A DNA stretch of 19,326 nt, taken from NCBI GenBank assembly GCA_044868695.1, contig JBIOWP010000156.1, positions 1-19,326 on the forward strand, written 5' to 3'. The notes beneath the pieces were generated by a model. The model did not search any database and was not told where the DNA came from. It worked only from the letters and a program-made list of their open reading frames with translations. Below are positions 8,608 through 16,104 of the stretch, one piece after another (positions within the stretch are counted from its first letter, which is position 1; each line of letters opens with the position of its first letter). Source of the DNA: a bacterium. GTDB lineage: Bacteria; Sysuimicrobiota; Sysuimicrobiia; Sysuimicrobiales; Kaftiobacteriaceae. The position numbers were made by a program, and so were the translations under genes.

Positions 8608-9894
8608 ATGGAAAAGATCCTCATAAACGGCGGGAAGAGCCTGCGCGGCGCCGTCCGTATTTCCGGTGGCAAGAATAGCTCACTCGCCATCATCACCGCC
8701 GCGTGTCTTGCTGCGGACGTGTCGACGCTGGAGAATGTCCCCCACTGCCGCGACGTCCTGACCCTCAAAGCGATCCTGGAGGAACTGGGCGCCCGCATCG
8801 AGCTGCAGCGCGGCCGCATGCGCATCGACGCGCGTGACGTGAAGTCGCATGCCGCCCCGTATGACCTCTGCCGGCAGATGCGCGCCTCATTCTACGCCGC
8901 GGGGCTGCTGTTGGGACGGACGGGACGCGCAGAAGTCCCGTTGCCTGGCGGCTGCGTGATCGGCTCGCGGCCCGTCGACTTCCACATCCGCGGTTTTGCC
9001 GCGCTCGGCGCGGCGGTGGAAACCGAACACGGGTATCTGAAGGCGTCGACCCCCCGGCTGGCAGGGACGACGTTCTTCGTGCCACGCAGCAGCGTCGGCA
9101 CCACCATCAACCTGATGCTGGCCGCCGCCATGGCGGCGGGAACGACCGTGCTCGAGAACGCCGCGCGCGAGCCGGAAGTGGTTGACACCGCGGTCTTTCT
9201 GAACCTGATGGGAAGCCGCATCAAAGGGGCAGGAACGAACGCCATCACGATCGAGGGCGTGAGTGAGGTGCACGGCGCCTCGTACGCGATCATCCCCGAC
9301 CGGCTGGAAGCGGGCACGTACCTGCTGGCCGCGGCCGCCACCGGCGGCGACGTGCTGGTCGAGCAGATGATTCCCGAGCACATTAGCGCCCCGCTGGCGA
9401 AACTGGAAGAGGCCGGCGCGATCGTGGGGCGAGGGACCGACGGCGTGCGCGTGCGCGGCGGCGGGATCCACCGGGGCGTGCAGGTGGACACCGCCCCCTA
9501 CCCGGGGTTTGCGACAGACCTGCATCCGCCCTTCGCGGCGCTCATGACCATCGCCAACGGGCAATCGAGGATTCGCGAAACCGTCTTCGAGTCGCGATTC
9601 GGCTACGTTGACGAACTGCGCCGCATGGGCGCCGACGTCCGCGTGGAGGGAGACGCCGCCGTCGTCAACGGTGTGCCGTACCTGACCGGCGCGCCGGTGG
9701 AGGCGGTGGACATCCGGGCGGGCGCCGCCGTGATCATCGGCGCCCTGGTGGCGCACGGAACCAGCGAAATCGCCGGCGTCGAAGACGTGGACCGCGGCTA
9801 CGAGCACCTCGAGGAGAAGCTCACCGCCCTGGGAGCCGATATCCACCGCGTCGAGGTCCGCGGCGGCGAGTCGGTCCCGCAGCCCGTCGCCTGA
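8608..9894 (+). CDS. murA: UDP-N-acetylglucosamine 1-carboxyvinyltransferase
   Basis: ISGGKNS, MRAS, LPGGCVIGSRPVD (active-site Cys retained), SVGTT, ENAAREPEV, PDRLEAGT, PYPGFATD, DIRAGAA, DRGYE. GGGAG SD. Confidence 0.97.
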   Translation: MEKILINGGKSLRGAVRISGGKNSSLAIITAACLAADVSTLENVPHCRDVLTLKAILEELGARIELQRGRMRIDARDVKSHAAPYDLCRQMRASFYAAGLLLGRTGRAEVPLPGGCVIGSRPVDFHIRGFAALGAAVETEHGYLKASTPRLAGTTFFVPRSSVGTTINLMLAAAMAAGTTVLENAAREPEVVDTAVFLNLMGSRIKGAGTNAITIEGVSEVHGASYAIIPDRLEAGTYLLAAAATGGDVLVEQMIPEHISAPLAKLEEAGAIVGRGTDGVRVRGGGIHRGVQVDTAPYPGFATDLHPPFAALMTIANGQSRIRETVFESRFGYVDELRRMGADVRVEGDAAVVNGVPYLTGAPVEAVDIRAGAAVIIGALVAHGTSEIAGVEDVDRGYEHLEEKLTALGADIHRVEVRGGESVPQPVA

Positions 9895-9907
9895 CCCCCG
9901 ACCCCCT

Positions 9908-9916
9908 TGTTATAAT
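9908..9916 (+). promoter_or_regulatory. Extended -10 promoter (TGnTATAAT) for tRNA-Val
   Basis: TGT-TATAAT lies 9 nt upstream of the mature tRNA 5' end. Confidence 0.7.
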
Positions 9917-9925
9917 CTGCTTACG

Positions 9926-10000
9926 GGGCGAGTAGCTTAACGGTAGAGCACCCCGCTTACACCGGGGAGGCCGCAGGTTCGATTCCTGCCTCGCCCACCA
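9926..10000 (+). tRNA. tRNA-Val (anticodon TAC), CCA encoded
   Basis: Acceptor stem GGGCGAG/CTCGCCC, D arm TAGCTTAACGGTAGAGC, anticodon stem CCCCG/CGGGG with loop CTTACAC, T arm GCAGG-TTCGATT-CCTGC, 3' ACCA. Confidence 0.97.
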
Positions 10001-10029
10001 TGCACCACTCGCTTCGCTTGGGTGCATGG
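9998..10029. repeat. REP-like hairpin, family A, copy at the tRNA-Val 3' end
   Basis: CCATGCACC-ACTCGCTTCGCTTG-GGTGCATGG. 26/32 identical to the reverse complement of 16950-16981. Confidence 0.75.
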
Positions 10030-10146
10030 CGGCGCCAGTCCCTTATTCCTGCCTCCGCCGTTCCTCCTGTCAAAACGGTCCGCCGACACGCCTTCCTCCT
10101 CCCGGCAGGAGTGCGTGTTTTCCAGTAGAAGCGCTCTGACCATCCG

Positions 10147-11097
10147 ATGTGGCAGTACGTTCTGGCGCGACTCATTGCCGCGGTGCTCGTCCTGGTCGGC
10201 GTCTCCTTCGTCGTCTTCCTCGTCCTCCACTTGACCCCAGGCGATCCGGCGCAAATTCTGCTGGGGCCGCTGGCGACCCCCGATGACCTCACGCAGCTCC
10301 GCCGGGAACTCGGCCTGGATCGCCCGGTGCTCGTTCAATATGCGCGGTGGGCGTCCCACGTCGTGCGCGGAGACTTCGGGCGCTCGATCGTCCTGCGCCG
10401 GGCGGTGCTGCCTGAGGTGGTCCGCCGGTTCAAGGCCACCTTGATCCTCACCGCGGGCGGGATCCTGCTGGCCTTCCCGCTGGGAACCGTGGCCGGCATC
10501 GTGGCCGCCGCGCGGAGGGGCACCGCGGTGGACCGGCTCGCGACGCTGGGGGCGATGCTGGGGCTGAGCATGCCGGCGTTCTGGGTCGGGCTTCTTCTAA
10601 TCATCACCTTTTCTGTCCGCCTGGGATGGCTGCCCGGCACCGGAATGTACTCCCCGGCGGGGAGCGGGGGTCTGGGCGATCTGCTGACCCACTTGATTCT
10701 GCCCTCGATCACGCTGGCGCTCGTGCCCGTAAGCATCATCGCGCGCCTGACGCGGTCCAGCATGCTCGAGGTCATCGGCCAGGATTATGTTCGGACGGCC
10801 CGGGCCAAAGGGCTGTCCAACCGCGCGGTCATCGGCAGGCACGCCTTCCGGAATGTCCTCGTGGCGATGGCGACCGTGTTCGGGCTGCAGGCGGGGTTTC
10901 TCCTCGCCGGCGCCGTGTACGTGGAGACGGTGTTCAGCTGGCCCGGCATCGGCTTCATGATGGTGAACGCGATCCTGACGCGCGACTTCCCCCTGGTGCA
11001 GGGCGGCGTGCTGCTGGTCGCCGCGACGTACGTCCTGATCAATCTCAGCACGGACTTGATGTACGCTTACATCGACCCGAGGGTCCGTTTTGGCTAG
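10147..11097 (+). CDS. Peptide/nickel ABC transporter permease (DppB-like)
   Basis: PGDPAQILLG, GDFGRS, DYVRTARAKGL, VETVFSWPGIG, RDFPLVQG, IDPRVR. Confidence 0.95.
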   Translation: MWQYVLARLIAAVLVLVGVSFVVFLVLHLTPGDPAQILLGPLATPDDLTQLRRELGLDRPVLVQYARWASHVVRGDFGRSIVLRRAVLPEVVRRFKATLILTAGGILLAFPLGTVAGIVAAARRGTAVDRLATLGAMLGLSMPAFWVGLLLIITFSVRLGWLPGTGMYSPAGSGGLGDLLTHLILPSITLALVPVSIIARLTRSSMLEVIGQDYVRTARAKGLSNRAVIGRHAFRNVLVAMATVFGLQAGFLLAGAVYVETVFSWPGIGFMMVNAILTRDFPLVQGGVLLVAATYVLINLSTDLMYAYIDPRVRFG

Positions 11098-11941
11098 TCC
11101 GGGCAGCCACCCGCCCACGTCCCTGCAGCGGTTTCTCGCCAATCCGTGGGCCGTCTTCGGCGCGGCGATCGTGGTGGCCGTGGTGACGCTCGCGGCGTTC
11201 GCGCCCCTCCTGCCGCTGCGCGATCCCAACGCGACGCAGCCGAGCCGGCGGCTGTCCCCACCGATGTCTCCGGGCCACCCCCTGGGCGCCGATCACCTGG
11301 GGCGGGACCTGCTGAGCCGCCTCGTGTGGGGGGCCAGAGTCTCGCTGACAGTGGGCGTCCTCGCCACCTCGCTGGCCATGACCGTGGGGACGGCGTTGGG
11401 GCTGCTGGCGGGATTCTACGGAGCCCTTACCGACCAACTCGTCATGCGGGCCGTGGACGTGCTGATGGCCTTTCCGTACATCTTGCTCGCCATCGCGCTG
11501 GTCGCGGCGTTGGGCCCAGGTCTGGTCAACGCGATGATCGCGGTCGCCGCCGTGAACGTGTCCTTCTACGCGAGGGGCGTTCGCAGCGCGGTGCTGGTGC
11601 TGCGGGAACAAGAGTTCATCTTCGCCGCGCGGGCGGTGGGGGCGACCGAGGGCCGCATCCTGCGCCGGCACGTGCTGCCCAACATCCTGGCGCCGATTCT
11701 GGTGTTCATCGCCGTCAACGTCGGCTGGATGATTTCCGAGACTGCCGGCTTAAGCTTTATCGGACTGGGGGCGCAACCGCCGACGGCGGACTGGGGGACC
11801 ATGCTGGCCGACGGCCGGCAATTCATCACCGTGGCGTCCCACGTTGCCACAATGCCGGGTCTCGCGTTGTTCGTGCTGGTCCTGGGATTGAATCTCGCCG
11901 GAGACGGGCTGCGGGACGCGCTGGATCCGACGCAACGCTGA
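11090..11941 (+). CDS. Peptide/nickel ABC transporter permease (DppC-like)
   Basis: HPLGADHLGRD, AARAVGA..RHVLPN, LSFIGLGAQPPTADWG, GDGLRDALDP. TTG start overlaps the upstream gene. Confidence 0.93.
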   Translation: MASPGSHPPTSLQRFLANPWAVFGAAIVVAVVTLAAFAPLLPLRDPNATQPSRRLSPPMSPGHPLGADHLGRDLLSRLVWGARVSLTVGVLATSLAMTVGTALGLLAGFYGALTDQLVMRAVDVLMAFPYILLAIALVAALGPGLVNAMIAVAAVNVSFYARGVRSAVLVLREQEFIFAARAVGATEGRILRRHVLPNILAPILVFIAVNVGWMISETAGLSFIGLGAQPPTADWGTMLADGRQFITVASHVATMPGLALFVLVLGLNLAGDGLRDALDPTQR

Positions 11942-11986
11942 GTCAGGCACTCCAGATCGCACACACCTGGGGAGGTGGGGGACGGA

Positions 11987-13576
11987 ATGAGACGCACGGC
12001 ACGGCGGAATGCACTAGTAGCAGTGGGGCTGGCGGCGGCATGGCTGCTGGTCGGGGCGGGGGCCCCGCAGGCGGCGCCGGCTCCGAAGACGCTGGTCGTC
12101 GGCCTGGTCGCCGAGCCAACGTCCATGGATCCGGGACAGCTCACCGACATCAACTCGATGCGGGTGCTGTCCAGTGTCTATGACACACTCGTCCGTTTCA
12201 AAGCGGAGTCGTTCACCCTGGAGCCCGGTCTGGCGACCTCGTGGACGATCTCTGCGGACGGCCTACAGTACACGTTCAAGCTCCGCCGCGGGGTGTTCTT
12301 CCACGACGGCGCGCCGTTCAACGCGGAGGCGGTAAAGTTTACGTACGACCGGCTGCTGGACCCTAAGCATCCGTATGCCAACACCGGCCCGTTCCCGTTC
12401 GCCGGCTTCTACTACGGCGCCATCAAACAGGTGAGCGTGGTCGATCCGTACACCGTGCGGTTCACCCTCAAGCAGTCGTTCTCCCCGCTGCTGAACAACC
12501 TCACCCTCAATACCGGCCGGATCGTCAGCCCCGCGGCGGTGAAGAAATGGGGCAAGGAGTTTGCCAGCCATCCGGTCGGCACCGGTCCGTTCAAGTTCGT
12601 CCGGTGGGAGAAGAACGTCCGCATCGTGCTGGAGGCTAACTCGGGCTACTGGGGCGGCCGGGCCAAGCTCGACCGGCTCATCTTCCGTCCGCTGCCGGAG
12701 GAGCAGACTCGCGTGACGGAGCTACTGTCAGGTGGGGTGGACTTCATCGTCGACGTGCCCCCCGACAACATCGAGCAAATCCGCAAGGACGCGCGGTTTG
12801 CCTTCTACCAGCAGCCGGGCCCTCACGTCTGGTGGGTGACCCTCAACGTCCGCAAGAAGCCGTTCAGCGACGTGAAGGTGCGCCAGGCCGCCAACTACGC
12901 CGTAAATAAGGAGGCCATCGCCAACGACATTCTGAAGGGGACGGCCACCGTGTCGTCCGGACCGATACCGCCGGCGATCACCTGGGCCTATACCGACCAG
13001 GTCGCCAAGTATCCGTATGATCCGGCGAAGGCGAAGCGCCTGCTGGCCGAGGCGGGATATCCCAACGGATTCCCGGCGATCTTCTGGATTCCGGAGTCGG
13101 GATCGGGGATGCAGTCGCCCAAGACGATGGCGCAGGCGATTCAGGCCGACCTGGCCGCCGTGGGGATCCGCGCGCAGATCCAGACCTTCGAGTGGGGAGC
13201 CTATCTGAACCAGTATGGCAAGGGGTTCGGAAGCGAGGCCGACATGGGCGCGCTGTCGTTCATGCTGGACCCCGGCGATCCGGCCCCCATGCTCAGCCTG
13301 ATCCTCGATGGCCATGCCCTGCCGCCCAATGGATTCAACGGCGGATATTACAAGAACGACGACGTCGACAAGCTGCTGGCCGCGGCGACGCGGACCGTCG
13401 ATCTCAAGCAGCGCGGGGACTTCTACCGGGCGATGCAGCGCATCGTGGCCGACGAAGCGCCGTGGATCTTCATTGACCACGCCCTGCAGAACGCGGCAGG
13501 GCTGAAGAAAGTGAAGAACTTCCAGCTCCATCCGTCCTTCTACATGTTCTTCGACGAGATCGACGTCAGCCAGTAG
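11987..13576 (+). CDS. ABC transporter substrate-binding protein, family 5
   Basis: Signal peptide, LEPGLATSWTISADGLQYTFKLRRGVFFHDG, HPVGTGPFKF, YDPAKAKRLLAEAGY. GGAGGT SD at 11971-11976 supports ATG 11987. Confidence 0.95.
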   Translation: MRRTARRNALVAVGLAAAWLLVGAGAPQAAPAPKTLVVGLVAEPTSMDPGQLTDINSMRVLSSVYDTLVRFKAESFTLEPGLATSWTISADGLQYTFKLRRGVFFHDGAPFNAEAVKFTYDRLLDPKHPYANTGPFPFAGFYYGAIKQVSVVDPYTVRFTLKQSFSPLLNNLTLNTGRIVSPAAVKKWGKEFASHPVGTGPFKFVRWEKNVRIVLEANSGYWGGRAKLDRLIFRPLPEEQTRVTELLSGGVDFIVDVPPDNIEQIRKDARFAFYQQPGPHVWWVTLNVRKKPFSDVKVRQAANYAVNKEAIANDILKGTATVSSGPIPPAITWAYTDQVAKYPYDPAKAKRLLAEAGYPNGFPAIFWIPESGSGMQSPKTMAQAIQADLAAVGIRAQIQTFEWGAYLNQYGKGFGSEADMGALSFMLDPGDPAPMLSLILDGHALPPNGFNGGYYKNDDVDKLLAAATRTVDLKQRGDFYRAMQRIVADEAPWIFIDHALQNAAGLKKVKNFQLHPSFYMFFDEIDVSQ

Positions 13577-13585
13577 GTGACGCAG

Positions 13586-13615
13586 CGGGGGGCCCGGCAG
13601 GCTCCGGGCCCCCCG
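13586..13615 (+). other. Perfect 12-bp GC stem-loop after the SBP gene (no U tract; probable mRNA-stabilising hairpin)
   Basis: CGGGGGGCCCGG-CAGGCT-CCGGGCCCCCCG. Confidence 0.7.
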
Positions 13616-13631
13616 GTCGAGAGGGTGTCGC

Positions 13632-14564
13632 ATGGGGCGCGAGATCGAGCTGCCGTCCAGGCGGGTCCACTACCGATGGGACAACACGCTTTCCCCAGTC
13701 GCGGAGGTCGACTCCGGCGACGTCGTCGCCGCCGACCTGCAGGAGGTCAGCGGGGGGCAGATTACCCGGACATCCACCGCGGCGGATCTGGCCCGGATGG
13801 ATTTCGACCGCGTGTATCCCCTCGCAGGGCCGGTGTTTGTCAAAGGCGCCCGTCCGGGCGACGCCCTGGCCGTGGAGATCCTCGAACTGCGGCCGGCAGG
13901 GTGGGGGTGGACGTCAATCGTTCCGGAACTCGGGCTCCTGCCTGAGGACTTTCCTGAGGCATACCTGAAGATCTGGGATCTCAGCACGCAGAAATACGCG
14001 GAGCTCCGTCACGATATTCGCATCCCCCTGGCCCCGTTTTTGGGAACGATGGGGGTCGCGCCGGAAGAGCGGGGGTCGCTGCCCGTCATGCCCCCTGGAA
14101 AGTTTGGGGGGAACATGGACATCCGCCACCTGACGGCGGGGGCGACCCTGCTCCTCCCCGTGTGGGTGCTTGGCGCGCTGTTCTCCTGCGGCGACGCGCA
14201 CGCGGTGCAGGGTGACGGCGAAGTGTGCATCTCGGCGATTGAAACGCCCATGCGCGCGCGCCTGCGGCTGACCGTGCGCCGGGGTCTGCGGCTCTCGTCA
14301 CCGCAGTTCATCACGCCCGGGCCGCTGACGCCGCAGGTGGACGGCAAGGGGTACTATGCGACGACCGGCATCGCCCCGGACCTGCTCGAGGCCGCCAAGA
14401 CGGCGGTCCGCGGCATGATTGACCACCTGGCGCAAACGTATCGCCTGTCCCGCCAGGACGCGTACGTGCTCTGCAGCGTGGCCGTGGACCTCAAGATTTC
14501 CGAGGTAGTGGACAAGCCGAACTGGATCGTCTCCGCCTACCTGCCGCAAACCATCTTCATCTAG
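13632..14564 (+). CDS. Acetamidase/formamidase family protein
   Basis: HYRWDN, PLAGPVFVKGARPGD, PFLGTMGVAP, GGNMD, GDAHAVQGDGEVC..AIE, DAYVLCSVAVDLKISEVVD. Confidence 0.93.
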   Translation: MGREIELPSRRVHYRWDNTLSPVAEVDSGDVVAADLQEVSGGQITRTSTAADLARMDFDRVYPLAGPVFVKGARPGDALAVEILELRPAGWGWTSIVPELGLLPEDFPEAYLKIWDLSTQKYAELRHDIRIPLAPFLGTMGVAPEERGSLPVMPPGKFGGNMDIRHLTAGATLLLPVWVLGALFSCGDAHAVQGDGEVCISAIETPMRARLRLTVRRGLRLSSPQFITPGPLTPQVDGKGYYATTGIAPDLLEAAKTAVRGMIDHLAQTYRLSRQDAYVLCSVAVDLKISEVVDKPNWIVSAYLPQTIFI

Positions 14565-14708
14565 GGATAGAGCAACACCGCCAATCGAGCTTAAATATAT
14601 AGACTTTGGTCTATTGAACCCCTCCGCAACCCTATTCAAAGGGAAGAAATAAGTGTACAACGAATGTAGATTCGTACTCGGCTCCACAGACCCCAGCGAG
14701 GTGGTGGC

Positions 14709-15320
14709 GTGAAGAAGCTCAAGCCGCAGGATGTCGACCTACTGCTGCGCGTCATGCAGATCGCCGATGCCCCTCAGAGTCTTGACGCCATGCAGTACGT
14801 CATCTTCCAATTCGACTTCAAGGACTACGAGCAGTTCATCCTAGAGTGTCCGCCCGGCAGCATCCGGTTCAATAACTTCCTCCGGGTGGCGGTGTTCTGC
14901 GACAACCTCGGCGTGCTGGTTGACGGCGGGGCGATTGACGCCGAATCCGTCTTCGAACTGTACGCGATCCCCTGGGCCAAGATGGAGCCGATCGTCATGG
15001 GGATGCGGCGCGAACTGGTGTGGCCCGACCTGTTCGACTACTTTGAGAAACTCGGCCGGCAGTACCAGAAGTGGTGGGAGCCCAAGGCGAAGAAGATCAA
15101 GCTCCCCGAGCCGCCCAAGAGCGAGGCACGGCCCGCCATGCGACCGGCCGCCCGTCCGACCCTCGTACAGGCGACCCGGCTGGTGCGCCCGGGCGGCCCA
15201 CCGGGTCCTGCCCGTCCCGGCGCGGGAATCGTCAAGCCCGCTGCCAAGCCCGCGCCGCCCCGACCGGCCGCAAGGTCGTCCGCGAAAAAGGCGAAACCTA
15301 AGAAGAAGAGCCGGCGGTAG
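14709..15320 (+). CDS. Hypothetical protein, DUF4760-like helical domain plus Pro/Ala/Lys/Arg-rich C-terminal tail
   Basis: GAGGTG SD before the GTG start and GC-rich third codon positions. The pattern PPGS..F..V..F.DNLGVLV..GAID...W.K.EP.V...R..F.YFE.L resembles DUF4760 from memory; no search was run. Confidence 0.7.
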   Translation: MKKLKPQDVDLLLRVMQIADAPQSLDAMQYVIFQFDFKDYEQFILECPPGSIRFNNFLRVAVFCDNLGVLVDGGAIDAESVFELYAIPWAKMEPIVMGMRRELVWPDLFDYFEKLGRQYQKWWEPKAKKIKLPEPPKSEARPAMRPAARPTLVQATRLVRPGGPPGPARPGAGIVKPAAKPAPPRPAARSSAKKAKPKKKSRR

Positions 15321-15353
15321 CTATCATCGGGAATGACCTGGATGTCTTTTGCG

Positions 15354-15381
15354 CCCCTCCGGCTACGGCCGGAGGGGTTTT
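15354..15381 (+). terminator. Intrinsic terminator-like hairpin
   Basis: CCCCTCCGGC-TACG-GCCGGAGGGG followed by TTTT. Confidence 0.7.
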
Positions 15382-15396
15382 CCGTCTCACGCGCAC

Positions 15397-16104
15397 ATGA
15401 GCCGCATTCGCCAGCTGTATGAGCTTCAGCTGCTGGACGCGCAGCAGATCCGCCTGGAGGCCGCGCTGGCCGTCCTGGACGACGGGTCAGCCCTGCGCGC
15501 GCAGGTCACCGCGGCACGGCAGGAGGAAGAGGCCGCCCAGGCCGATCTCCGCGCGCGCCAGTCCCGACTGCGCGACCTCGAGCTGGAGCTTCAGTCCACC
15601 GTCGACAAGTCGAAGAAGGTTGAGGCCGACCTCTACAGCGGGCGGATCTCGAATCCGAAGGAACTGCGGGCCATGCAGGAGGATGTCGAAGCCCTCGGCC
15701 GGCAGCGACACCACACCGAGGATGAGATGCTCACCCTGATGGAAGACGTCGAGCGGCTGCTGGAGCAAATCCGCACGCTGGAAGCTCAGCGCCAGGCGAA
15801 AGAGCGCGCCCTCGACGAGCATCTGGAAGACTACACCGTGCGGCAGAAGGGGCTGACGGCGGACCTCGACTCGGCCCGCAGGCGGCGAGAAACGCAGGCG
15901 GCGGAGGCAGATCCCGACCTGCTGCGGCGGTACGAGCGGCTGCGGAGCCGCCGGGACGGTGTCGCGGTGGCTGCGGTCACCGGCGGCATCTGCGGCGCGT
16001 GTCACATGGCCATCCCCGAGGAACTGCTCAACAAAGTTCGCGAAACTGACGATGTCCACACCTGCGAGGACTGCGGGCGCATCCTCTATGTCCCGGACCG
16101 GTAA
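15397..16104 (+). CDS. Coiled-coil plus C4-type zinc-ribbon protein (DUF164/CT398/Rv2229c-like)
   Basis: LYELQLLD N-terminus, LYSGRISNPKEL, long coiled coil, LLRRYERLR, CGAC..CEDCGRILY. Confidence 0.92.
   Translation: MSRIRQLYELQLLDAQQIRLEAALAVLDDGSALRAQVTAARQEEEAAQADLRARQSRLRDLELELQSTVDKSKKVEADLYSGRISNPKELRAMQEDVEALGRQRHHTEDEMLTLMEDVERLLEQIRTLEAQRQAKERALDEHLEDYTVRQKGLTADLDSARRRRETQAAEADPDLLRRYERLRSRRDGVAVAAVTGGICGACHMAIPEELLNKVRETDDVHTCEDCGRILYVPDR

Noticed and set aside
8932..8976. Fosfomycin-resistant MurA variant
   Set aside because: The active-site Cys is retained (LPGGCVIGSRP), not replaced by Asp.
9926..10146. tRNA-Val as an integration site for a prophage or island
   Set aside because: No integrase and no duplicated tRNA 3' end in the window.
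11987..12030. Tat signal in the second SBP (ARRNAL)
   Set aside because: Only a weak match to S/T-R-R-x-F-L-K; equally consistent with a basic Sec n-region.
15959..16087. N-terminal extension of RNase HI in the ORF track
   Set aside because: Shadow of the zinc-ribbon gene. The RNase H domain begins just after ATG 16088.
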